From a bacterium (lineage in GTDB: Bacteria; CLD3; SB21), in assembly GCA_013360215.1 (NCBI GenBank), contig JABWCP010000003.1, forward strand, positions 182,100 through 202,099: a DNA stretch of 20,000 nt, read 5' to 3'. How positions within the stretch are numbered: position 1 is the stretch's first letter; every line of letters starts with the position of its first letter. Under the pieces are notes generated by a model that was not told the DNA's origin, did no database searches, and saw only the letters and a program-made list of their open reading frames with translations. Shown here in pieces: positions 1 to 8,123 of the stretch. Both the position numbers and the translations under genes were made by a program.

Positions 1-1002
1 AGCATCAATGTGAAGCGGTTCCGGTGATAATTTTTCATACACCGATTGTTCTTCCAAGCTGAGTTGGATCGCCGGTGTAGGTATACGTTTTGTTTGTGTT
101 AAACGACCTTCTAATTCCTGCAAAATATCATCTACCGTTTCGACGAGTTTAGCACCGCTACGGATCAATCGATTACTGCCTTTGGCTTGCGGATTGGTAG
201 CCAGGCCGGGCACGGCAAACACCTCGCGGTTCTGATCCAGTGCATAATCCGCCGTAATCAGAGCACCGCTTTTTTCGCCGGCTTCAATGACAACTGTACC
301 GAGCGAAAGTCCGCTGATGATTCGGTTTCGTCCGGGAAAATGCGTTGCATCCGGGCCTGTCCCCATCGGATAGTCCGCCAGGATCGCACCGCGGTGCGCT
401 ATTTCCATAGCCAATCTGTAATTTTCACTGGGATAGATATGATCCACGCCGGAACCCAGCACGGCGATCGTACGTCCTCCGCTGCGTAATGCCGCGGCAT
501 GCGCTACCGTATCAATACCCCGCGCCAACCCACTGACGACGGTAATACCGCGTTGAGCTAACTCTTGCGCAAGCTTTTCTGCCATCGCACGCCCGTACGC
601 CGTCGGCTGACGTGTTCCGACGATCGCTATCGCATGGGCATCCTCCGGCATTATTGCCCCGCGCACAAACAAAAACGTGGGTGCGGTTTCAGTTTGTGTG
701 AGTAATTCCGGAAATCCAGATTCGGAAAAAACCAATAATTCCGTCGCGCTTTCCTGCATGGATCGCATCTGCGCATGAGCAAAAGCAATGCTTGCTTCAT
801 GGTCCTGCTTGATGCGCTCGGCGGTCGGCGCATCCATACCTTGCACGGCAGCTAATGCTTTGGCCGAAGCGCTGAGAACGGACGCGGGCGACCCAAAGTG
901 ACGAATAAGATTGCGCAATCGGGCATGCCCCATACCGCGCACACCGATCAGGCGTAATAAATCAAAATTTTGGTCCTTATGCGAACGATGCGTCACACTC
1001 AT
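1..1002 (-). CDS. dprA: DNA-processing protein DprA (Smf), 3' end runs off the window
   Basis: Not in the ORF track. Manual translation from ATG 1002 gives MSVTHRSHKDQNFDLLRLIGVRGMG...AIAIVGTRQPTAYG...ITVVSGLARGIDTVAHAAAL...TIAVLGSGVDHIYPSEN, which are hallmark DprA motifs. The frame is still open at position 1 (EQSVYEKLSPEPLHIDA, start of the winged-helix domain). Confidence 0.96.
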   Translation of the reverse strand, partial: MSVTHRSHKDQNFDLLRLIGVRGMGHARLRNLIRHFGSPASVLSASAKALAAVQGMDAPTAERIKQDHEASIAFAHAQMRSMQESATELLVFSESGFPELLTQTETAPTFLFVRGAIMPEDAHAIAIVGTRQPTAYGRAMAEKLAQELAQRGITVVSGLARGIDTVAHAAALRSGGRTIAVLGSGVDHIYPSENYRLAMEIAHRGAILADYPMGTGPDATHFPGRNRIISGLSLGTVVIEAGEKSGALITADYALDQNREVFAVPGLATNPQAKGSNRLIRSGAKLVETVDDILQELEGRLTQTKRIPTPAIQLSLEEQSVYEKLSPEPLHIDA

Positions 1003-1172
1003 AGATAGATCAATCCGTTTGAATTTCCCCAATCGAAAAGCCGCGTAATGTAATATGCACTCCGCATAAATGCAAGAAGCGCTGGTTTGTTTTTCGTAAA
1101 AATGAATCCCAAGCTACTTAAAAAAGCACCATACTTTATAACTATTCAAAACAGCTACTTAACCATTTCCGC

Positions 1173-1200
1173 TTGACTTTATAATCCATTTACATAAATT
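1173..1200 (+). promoter_or_regulatory. Candidate sigma70 promoter for the 1298-6550 cluster
   Basis: TTGACT (1173-1178), 16-bp spacer, TAAATT (1195-1200) in an AT-rich divergent intergenic region. Confidence 0.4.
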
Positions 1201-1297
1201 ATTTTACCTTTCAAGTACCAGTTCTTATAAAGTACATGCCGTATATGGGGCGGCTGAAATCGTTCGCATCTTTTTGTTAAATTATTATGAGGATTTT

Positions 1298-1720
1298 ATG
1301 ATCGTAAAATCTACGCTTTTGTTGCTTTGGACTCTGATTGCGGCATGCAGTGCATCGCGTACACAGGTTGAGGCCCAGCAAGGTGCGGAAAAATATCAAT
1401 TGATTGCTATCGAAAAATTTTCAAAAGATATTAAATACGTATTCAATAGTAAGCGATCTTACGTATTATGCATCAAAGAAACGCGCCCGGAACGCCCTCC
1501 GCAGATCAATGTATTGAGTTTTTTGTTGATCGAAGCCGCCTCCGGCCAGATCGTGCTTGAAGAAACCATAGCCAATGCCCAAGCCGAATGGGTATCCGAA
1601 TCTGAAGTACGCGTGACGTTTATACCCGGAATAATCAAAGAAGGCGAACATTCTCCTAACGGTTACATATATAACATTCAGACCCATAAAAAAACCGACT
1701 TACAAGCTAAAGCACATTAA
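1298..1720 (+). CDS. Hypothetical lipoprotein
   Basis: GAGGA SD at 1289-1293 precedes ATG 1298, which is preferred over the track's TTG 1274. MIVKSTLLLLWTLIAA-C is a type II signal peptide with lipobox. Confidence 0.75.
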   Translation: MIVKSTLLLLWTLIAACSASRTQVEAQQGAEKYQLIAIEKFSKDIKYVFNSKRSYVLCIKETRPERPPQINVLSFLLIEAASGQIVLEETIANAQAEWVSESEVRVTFIPGIIKEGEHSPNGYIYNIQTHKKTDLQAKAH

Positions 1721-1778
1721 TAAATAATATCTATATCCAATAACATTACTCTTCATCTAATCCGCAAAGGAGTCTATC

Positions 1779-4700
1779 ATGAGAGGGTTTTTACGATCCC
1801 GCAGTTGGTTGATCATGACGGCAACCATCACTGCACTGGCTGTAATCACGACGTCCGATTGGAAACCGAGCCAACCGGAGCAATACCGAAAAAAGAAAGA
1901 AGAAGTCAAACGTTTTGACAAACCCGATGAATTTATCAAAGCATTTCGCGATATGCGGATCCGCGACGGTAAAACCAAATCGGATTATCCGCAAAACTAT
2001 AAGTTAACTGAAATGCGCCGTTTCGGAATTATCCCGAAAGACGGAGAAATAGGAACCTCAGTTCAGCGTATAGGCAAAACCGGTGCAACACTGGACTGGG
2101 TTGAACGCGGGCCCAACAATGTGCCCGGACGTACACGCGGTATGATCGTAGATCCCGACGATGCCACAGGTGCGACGTGGTTTGCCGGATCCGTCGGCGG
2201 CGGTGTTTGGAAAACCACCAATAGCGGTTTTTCATGGACTCCGTTGACCGAAGGCATCCCCAATCTTGCTACGACCTCACTCGCAATGGCTCCCTCCAAT
2301 CATAATATTATTTATGTCGGCACAGGAGAAGGCTTCGGTAATTTAGACGGTGTCGGCGGTGATGGTATTTTTAAAACGACCAACAAAGGCGCGAGCTGGA
2401 CACAACTTGCAAGTACGATCGCCGTTAATTCTTCCAGTTCAAATCGTAATTTTGAATTTGTTAATCGAATCTCCGTTCATCCGACCGATCCCAGCACTTT
2501 GGTCGTCGCTACAAATACCGGTATTATGCGTTCTACCGATGGCGGTGATACTTGGACCAAAGTACATACTTCAGCATCGGCGGTTCAAGATCTTGTGGCA
2601 AATCCTCAAAATTGGAATACGCAGTATGCATCCAAAAATGCAAGCGGGATTATTAAATCTTTAGACGGTGGGATTACATGGACGAGCTATTCCACCGGAA
2701 TTACACAAGCGCAACGTATAGAGGTTGCCATATCACCGGTGGATACCAATCGTCTATATTTAGCGGTTGAGAATGCATCCGATTTATCGGATTTGTATGT
2801 AACCTATAACGGCGGTACACAATGGTACCTAGTAAACGTTCAAACCGGTACCAATCCTGATTGGCTTAACGGCCAAGGATGGTATGATAATACCATCGTC
2901 GCCCACCCAACTAATCCTAATGTATGCTATACAGCCGGTGTATCCGTTTTCAAACATAGTATTGTCGGTGACGGGCCCACTGTCCGTGTAACTCTAGTAG
3001 ACACCGTCGGAACGGCCGGTTGGCTTGCGTTCCAAAATTTTGGACTTTCATATTTAGGCGGCGGTGTAAGTACAGGAGAAAATGGATTTGGAAGCACCAA
3101 CCCCGTTGGACTCACAAGCCAAGATTCCAATATGAGTATCGAAGTTCGTTTTGGACCCGGCCGCTCTCAAAAAGCCCATCGTTTCAAAACCGACGCTCAA
3201 GGAGCAGGACAAACATCGCCAAACTATAAATATCAAAATTATGTAAATGTGCCTTTTGAAGCGTGGGATGTAACCAATAACCGTCAAATCAACATTAGTT
3301 TTCGTGATGAAAACAATGACGGCGAATTTGACATAGAGCTGAGCTCCGGAGACGGCGTATATCGAGAATATTTTTTCGTCGAAGGATCCACGTACAACAG
3401 TGGCACTCCGGATCCTAATATTACCGTTGACGGGGGTTTTAAATACAGAGTAGTACTTGAAGTAGGACCGGCACTTCCGACTGATGTGGATTGGAATCCT
3501 GCAACCATTCCGGATTCAAAAATTTCCCTGACACGTATTACCAATCAAACAAAACTTCGCACATCGGAAGTACGTTCTGATCCCTATGGACAATTTAGCG
3601 GACCTAACTCCAATGTGCATCCGGATCACCACAATCTGATGATTATTCCGGTCGCCGGTGCACCGTTTAAAATACTCAATGCGAACGATGGTGGTGTGTG
3701 GATATCTTTGGATTCGGCCGGATCATTTGCCTTAGCAAGCGGCGGATACAATACGACCCAATTTTACGGAGTTGACAAAGCTAAAGGATCGAATACATAT
3801 ATCGCCGGCGCACAGGATAATGGTACATGGTTGAGTTCTGCAAATCCCACATCAACATCCGGATGGGCTTCGAAAATCGGAGGCGACGGGTTTGAAGCGC
3901 TGTGGAACTACGGAAACTCAAACTTGTTACTTGGCGCGTCGCAATTCAACGGCGTCCAACGTTCTTCCAATGCAGGTGCATCGTTTTCAAATTCAATTTC
4001 AGGATTGGCAACCGGTTCCGGTAATGCACCTTTTGTGTCTAACTTGTCTAATTCCCCACTTGATCCTGATCTTGTATTTGCGGTAGGCGCTCAAGGGGTT
4101 TATCGCTCTACTAATTTTGGATCGTCATGGACTCTTGTTTCAATTCCTTCGCAATGGGGTATGTGGAGCATGTCAGGTACAGAGATATCATTAGCCAATT
4201 CAAATATCGTTTGGGCACATGGAGGGATGTCTAATACTGGTACGCGCCGAAAAGTTCATGTATCAAAAGATCGAGGTGCCACTTTCGCTCCTGTTAATAA
4301 CTACCTTACTAACAGCAATGACACGACTTCGACGATCGGATTGATTAGTGGATTTGCTACGCACCCCCGTGAAGACAGCACAGCCTATGCTTTGTTTTCA
4401 GTTGCCGATGCTCCGAAAATTTTGCGAACGACTAATTTAGGATCCACTTGGGAGGATATTTCCGGATTCGGCGATGATAACAACAGCAGTAACGGCTTTC
4501 CCGATGTTGCGGTTTATACATTGATCGTAATGCCGCATAACACCAATGAAATTTGGGCCGGTACGGAGATTGGTTTATTTATTTCTACCAATAACGGTGC
4601 AACATGGTCCTATGCCAATAACGGTCTTCCTGCGGTAGCCATCTGGCAAATGTCTATCAAAGACAAACAGGTGATCGTCGCAACCCACGGGCGTGGGGTG

Positions 4701-5897
4701 TGGACCGTAGATATATCCGGTATCCCTGCTATACCTACATCATCCGGAACGATAGCCACAATGCGACTAGGAAAGAATTTTTCCAAAGTGTTTGCCGCAA
4801 AACTTTCTTCCTATTTTACTAATCCGGATGGAACGGGCTTTACCTATTCTGTCAAAACTTCCAACGGTGGCGTCGTGCCGGTGATTTCTTCCGACTCGCT
4901 ATATCTTACGAGCACGACCGATTATGTGGGAAGTGTGACCGTTAGCGCATACGCCTACAATGGTTATAAGCTCAACAAATCGTTTACTGTTAATGTCGAA
5001 AACGATGTTGTTGCCCCAGTATTGTCGGTTGGCGCCCTGACTACACCGGCTATTGATGCAGTCAAGTTTGGGGTCACGGCGGACGAACCCATTAAAAATG
5101 TATTATTAGCGGTCAATAGCCAGTCGGTGAGTTTGTCCAAACAAGGTAATATTTATTTTGGAACGTACACGATCGCTTCATCGCGCACACTCACGGTGGC
5201 CGTCAGCGCTAAAGATACTTCTGATAACCTTTCATCCAAAAACGTGACCTATAATGTTGCTGCACTGTCGAAACCACTAGTAATTGATAAATATACCATT
5301 ACGGGTAAGGGTAACGAGGGGTATATTTTGGCCACGACCACAGCGGCTGAAAATATTCCTACCGGATGGACGGAAATCGCGCCTGCGATTCGCATGATGG
5401 CGACGGCTCCCGGCGCTGATCTTAAAGTCGAAGCCAATGTACAAGGGTTACAAGACGTTGTTGCTGACCCACAATTCGACGAATCCCGCATAGGTATTTA
5501 CGAATTTGCAGAAGGCCAATGGCGCCACATAGCGGAAGCTAATAATGGACGCGTCATGGCCAAGCATACAGGCAATCCGGTAGCTATTTACTATAATCCG
5601 GATTATAACGTTGTCCCAAATAAATATGAGCTCGAGCAGAATTATCCCAATCCGTTTAACCCCAGTACAATGATTCGTTATTCTGTTAAGAATGAAGGCC
5701 GTGTAGTGATCAAAGTGTACAATATGCTTGGACAAGAAGTGCGTACATTGGTTAATGAACACAAACCGGCAGGGCGCTTTAACGTTTCTTGGGACGGTCG
5801 AAATAATGCGGGACAAACGGTTTCAACCGGCGTTTACATTTATCGTATGCAGGCTGGTTCTGTCATTCAAAACCGCAAAATGCTTTTTGTAAAATAA
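1779..5897 (+). CDS. Large secreted Asp-box/BNR beta-propeller protein (VPS10/sortilin- or GH74-like fold) with Ig-like domains and a C-terminal FlgD-Ig/T9SS type A sorting domain
   Basis: AAGGAG SD and N-terminal hydrophobic signal. Many Asp-box motifs (TTNSGFSW, TTNKGASW, STDGGDTW, SLDGGITW, STNFGSSW, SKDRGATF, TTNLGSTW, STNNGATW). WVERGP...GRTR start and ATHGRGVW end are typical of this family. C-terminus LEQNYPNPFNPST...WDGRNNAGQTVSTGVYIYRM...KMLFVK. Confidence 0.85.
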   Translation: MRGFLRSRSWLIMTATITALAVITTSDWKPSQPEQYRKKKEEVKRFDKPDEFIKAFRDMRIRDGKTKSDYPQNYKLTEMRRFGIIPKDGEIGTSVQRIGKTGATLDWVERGPNNVPGRTRGMIVDPDDATGATWFAGSVGGGVWKTTNSGFSWTPLTEGIPNLATTSLAMAPSNHNIIYVGTGEGFGNLDGVGGDGIFKTTNKGASWTQLASTIAVNSSSSNRNFEFVNRISVHPTDPSTLVVATNTGIMRSTDGGDTWTKVHTSASAVQDLVANPQNWNTQYASKNASGIIKSLDGGITWTSYSTGITQAQRIEVAISPVDTNRLYLAVENASDLSDLYVTYNGGTQWYLVNVQTGTNPDWLNGQGWYDNTIVAHPTNPNVCYTAGVSVFKHSIVGDGPTVRVTLVDTVGTAGWLAFQNFGLSYLGGGVSTGENGFGSTNPVGLTSQDSNMSIEVRFGPGRSQKAHRFKTDAQGAGQTSPNYKYQNYVNVPFEAWDVTNNRQINISFRDENNDGEFDIELSSGDGVYREYFFVEGSTYNSGTPDPNITVDGGFKYRVVLEVGPALPTDVDWNPATIPDSKISLTRITNQTKLRTSEVRSDPYGQFSGPNSNVHPDHHNLMIIPVAGAPFKILNANDGGVWISLDSAGSFALASGGYNTTQFYGVDKAKGSNTYIAGAQDNGTWLSSANPTSTSGWASKIGGDGFEALWNYGNSNLLLGASQFNGVQRSSNAGASFSNSISGLATGSGNAPFVSNLSNSPLDPDLVFAVGAQGVYRSTNFGSSWTLVSIPSQWGMWSMSGTEISLANSNIVWAHGGMSNTGTRRKVHVSKDRGATFAPVNNYLTNSNDTTSTIGLISGFATHPREDSTAYALFSVADAPKILRTTNLGSTWEDISGFGDDNNSSNGFPDVAVYTLIVMPHNTNEIWAGTEIGLFISTNNGATWSYANNGLPAVAIWQMSIKDKQVIVATHGRGVWTVDISGIPAIPTSSGTIATMRLGKNFSKVFAAKLSSYFTNPDGTGFTYSVKTSNGGVVPVISSDSLYLTSTTDYVGSVTVSAYAYNGYKLNKSFTVNVENDVVAPVLSVGALTTPAIDAVKFGVTADEPIKNVLLAVNSQSVSLSKQGNIYFGTYTIASSRTLTVAVSAKDTSDNLSSKNVTYNVAALSKPLVIDKYTITGKGNEGYILATTTAAENIPTGWTEIAPAIRMMATAPGADLKVEANVQGLQDVVADPQFDESRIGIYEFAEGQWRHIAEANNGRVMAKHTGNPVAIYYNPDYNVVPNKYELEQNYPNPFNPSTMIRYSVKNEGRVVIKVYNMLGQEVRTLVNEHKPAGRFNVSWDGRNNAGQTVSTGVYIYRMQAGSVIQNRKMLFVK

Positions 5898-5962
5898 GTT
5901 TAATTTTATAAACAGGCCGTCGTTGTGTAAACATAATGGCCTTACAGAAAAGGATACTTTAT

Positions 5963-6550
5963 ATGAAAAATATGCAATGGATTTTATTTGCTATCGCCAT
6001 CACTTTGGTGGTAGCCTGCGGAGGTGGGGGCGGTAAATCATCCGGTCCTGATCTTGATGATGCCAAAACGGATTTTTCTTCAGGCAACTATGCCGATGCA
6101 CTTACGACATATCTCAGCTTGGTAGATAAAGAAGGAGCGTCGGCGCAAGTCGGTGCAGGATGGTGCTACAATCGGCTCGGTACCTACAGCAGTGCCATCA
6201 CACAATTTGCCGCCGCCGCTGGTGATTCTAATGTGGACGGATATGCTGGATGGGGGCTAGCCTTATGGGCCACTGATGCAAGCGCATCCACTGCGCAAAG
6301 CGTCATCGATAAAGCAAACTTTGTTATTCGCAAAAATCCTGCGTTTACTTTATCGTTAGATTCACGCATAGATGTTGACCATATCGTATACATTAAAGCA
6401 TGCAGTCATTTGTTGCTTCAACAATATCAGTCATGTGTAGATGCCATAAAAATGCTGCCCAACCAATCTGGTTATAGCGTCAATGTGTCCGATCCCAATA
6501 TTCATTCATTACTTTTGGCTAAATTGGAATCACTCGGATCTGCATCTTAA
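5963..6550 (+). CDS. TPR-like repeat lipoprotein
   Basis: AAGGA SD precedes ATG 5963 (the track starts at 5936). MKNMQWILFAIAITLVVA-C lipobox, then a Gly linker and TPR-like helices (AQVGAGWCYNRLGTYSSAITQF; GYAGWGLA). Confidence 0.75.
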   Translation: MKNMQWILFAIAITLVVACGGGGGKSSGPDLDDAKTDFSSGNYADALTTYLSLVDKEGASAQVGAGWCYNRLGTYSSAITQFAAAAGDSNVDGYAGWGLALWATDASASTAQSVIDKANFVIRKNPAFTLSLDSRIDVDHIVYIKACSHLLLQQYQSCVDAIKMLPNQSGYSVNVSDPNIHSLLLAKLESLGSAS

Positions 6551-6569
6551 GTAATCAAAGCATATTCAT

Positions 6570-6606
6570 TAAAAAAACCTCCCGATTTTGTCGGGAGGTT
6601 TTTTTA
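6570..6606. terminator. Bidirectional rho-independent terminator
   Basis: TAAAAAAACCTCCCGA-TTTTG-TCGGGAGGTTTTTTTA is a perfect inverted repeat giving a U-tract on both strands, located between convergent genes. Confidence 0.93.
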
Positions 6607-6656
6607 TGTGGAAATTGAACTTAAAAGACGAATCAAAAACTTATCGCATTACAAAA

Positions 6657-7049
6657 CTACGGAACTCTTTTAATAATACCCTCTTTGACTTCGTATTTTC
6701 CCGGACCAAGCTTAAACGTTTTAGGATTACGTGTCCCCGCTGTACCGGCATTGGACTGTCCGGCGGAATAAACACCTTCTAAAACAGCGATTACTTCCGC
6801 TTTAAGTTCGATCGTTTGATTATATTTTAAAACCGTGTATCCCAATTGCGTTGCCATATAGTCCGTCGTACCTTTGGCCGCCGTCACAAATCCATTGCTC
6901 CGCTGCGATGATGCATCCAACAAACCTTTCCACTGGTCTTCCGAAATGCGTTTAGCCGTCTTCAATTGATCTGTATTGTAGGATTTATCCTGTGCGGAAA
7001 CAATACCTGTCAAAACTACTGACATCAAAAATAAATACAACGCTTTCAT
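6657..7049 (-). CDS. Hypothetical secreted protein (130 aa)
   Basis: GAGGTGA SD. Signal peptide MKALYLFLMSVVLTGIVSA|QD. Has its own promoter and terminator. No family recognised. Confidence 0.8.
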   Translation of the reverse strand: MKALYLFLMSVVLTGIVSAQDKSYNTDQLKTAKRISEDQWKGLLDASSQRSNGFVTAAKGTTDYMATQLGYTVLKYNQTIELKAEVIAVLEGVYSAGQSNAGTAGTRNPKTFKLGPGKYEVKEGIIKRVP

Positions 7050-7083
7050 GAAGTCACCTCTTTTACCTTAGTTTGATTGTCAA

Positions 7084-7112
7084 ATAATAACTTTCGCTAA
7101 CGAAAGAGTCAA
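7084..7112 (-). promoter_or_regulatory. sigma70-type promoter with a palindrome in the spacer
   Basis: Minus strand TTGACT-N17-TATTAT. The spacer contains CTTTCG-N4-CGAAAG (7091-7106). Confidence 0.65.
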
Positions 7113-7140
7113 AACAAATTATTGAATTCAAAGTGATTTC

Positions 7141-7169
7141 TTGATTATCCATTCTCTTTTTTCTATTAT
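7141..7169 (+). promoter_or_regulatory. sigma70-type promoter for the PP2C gene
   Basis: TTGATT (7141-7146), N17, TATTAT (7164-7169), about 40 bp upstream of ATG 7212. Confidence 0.6.
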
Positions 7170-7211
7170 TTCGGATTGCTCTCACTAAAAAACGGAATCT
7201 AACGATCACCT

Positions 7212-7955
7212 ATGCAGTTACGCGTTGCCAGTATCACCGATCGGGGGCTCAATCCCAGTCGCACACACAATGAAGACAGTTTTTTTACAGGAAACCAGCT
7301 TTATATAGTCGCCGACGGACTCGGCGGAGAATTGGCCGGCGAAGTGGCCAGTCAGATGACGATTGAAAAATTCAACGAATGGTTCCCCGATGCCACACGG
7401 GAATCGGCGAATGAAGCTGTCAGTGAACTCGCCGCTATTGAACGCACGGTCAAACGGGTCAACGCTTATGTGTATCAGGAAGCACAAAAGCCCGAATTTA
7501 AAAATATGGGATCCACCTTATCGATCTTATATTTTTTCAGGAATCATGCGCTAATCGGTCACGTCGGTGACAGCAAGATCTATCGTGTTCGCAACGGTAA
7601 AACCGAACAACTCAGCCATGATCAAAGCATGGTACAGCAGCTTTTGGATAAAGGCATTATTACCACCGAACAAGCTAAACGTCATCCGATGCGCAATGTT
7701 TTGCTGAGCTGCATCGCGCACAAGCCGGATATTGACGTCTTTACGTATGACACCGATATACAGAACGGGGATTTTTATTTGTTATGCTCGGATGGCGTGT
7801 CCGAGTATGTCGGTCACGGGGCTATTGCCGAGATGGCGGGCAACGGATTTTCAGGAGAAGAAATTTGTGCCACTATCAAAAATATCGTGTATGCCGGCGG
7901 CGCCATGGACAATATGACGGCAATCGTCATATTTGTCGATCAGGTTGACGCGTAA
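7212..7955 (+). CDS. PP2C/PPM-family Ser/Thr protein phosphatase (Stp1/PrpC-like)
   Basis: Motifs HNED, IVADGLGG, MGSTL, HVGDSKIY, HDQS, LLCSDGV, GGAMDNMT. Confidence 0.95.
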   Translation: MQLRVASITDRGLNPSRTHNEDSFFTGNQLYIVADGLGGELAGEVASQMTIEKFNEWFPDATRESANEAVSELAAIERTVKRVNAYVYQEAQKPEFKNMGSTLSILYFFRNHALIGHVGDSKIYRVRNGKTEQLSHDQSMVQQLLDKGIITTEQAKRHPMRNVLLSCIAHKPDIDVFTYDTDIQNGDFYLLCSDGVSEYVGHGAIAEMAGNGFSGEEICATIKNIVYAGGAMDNMTAIVIFVDQVDA

Positions 7956-7964
7956 AAAACTCCG

Positions 7965-8111
7965 CTAACCTTTTTTTTCTTCCACGATCTGCCGCAACGC
8001 TTCCAAGTCTTTCATCATCTGTTTTTGTTTGCTATTCATACGCTGTACATAGTAGAACAGCAATACCCATATCGCGGCAAATGCGGCAAACAAGTAACCT
8101 AAATTCTCCAT
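7965..8111 (-). CDS. ccmD: CcmD-family small membrane protein (48 aa)
   Basis: Below the ORF-track cutoff. AAGGA SD, ATG 8111, TAG 7965-7967. Sequence MENLGYLFAAFAAIWVLLFYYVQRMNSKQKQMMKDLEALRQIVEEKKG has one TM helix with YLFAA..IW and a charged coiled tail, matching the CcmD alternative-family pattern. Confidence 0.75.
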   Translation of the reverse strand: MENLGYLFAAFAAIWVLLFYYVQRMNSKQKQMMKDLEALRQIVEEKKG

Positions 8112-8123
8112 CGAAATTATTCC

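Noticed and set aside
187-489. 100-aa + strand ORF
   Set aside because: Antisense shadow of dprA.
1261-1282. dif-like fragments GTTCGCAT and TTTTGTTAAAT; also GCGTAATGTA near 1043
   Set aside because: The half-sites are only 2 nt apart rather than the 8 needed for an 11-6-11 dif site, and the 1043 match has no XerD arm.
5914-5942. Hairpin AGGCCG...TGGCCT between the large gene and the TPR gene
   Set aside because: Short and bulged with no U-tract. At most an ordinary mRNA-stabilising stem.
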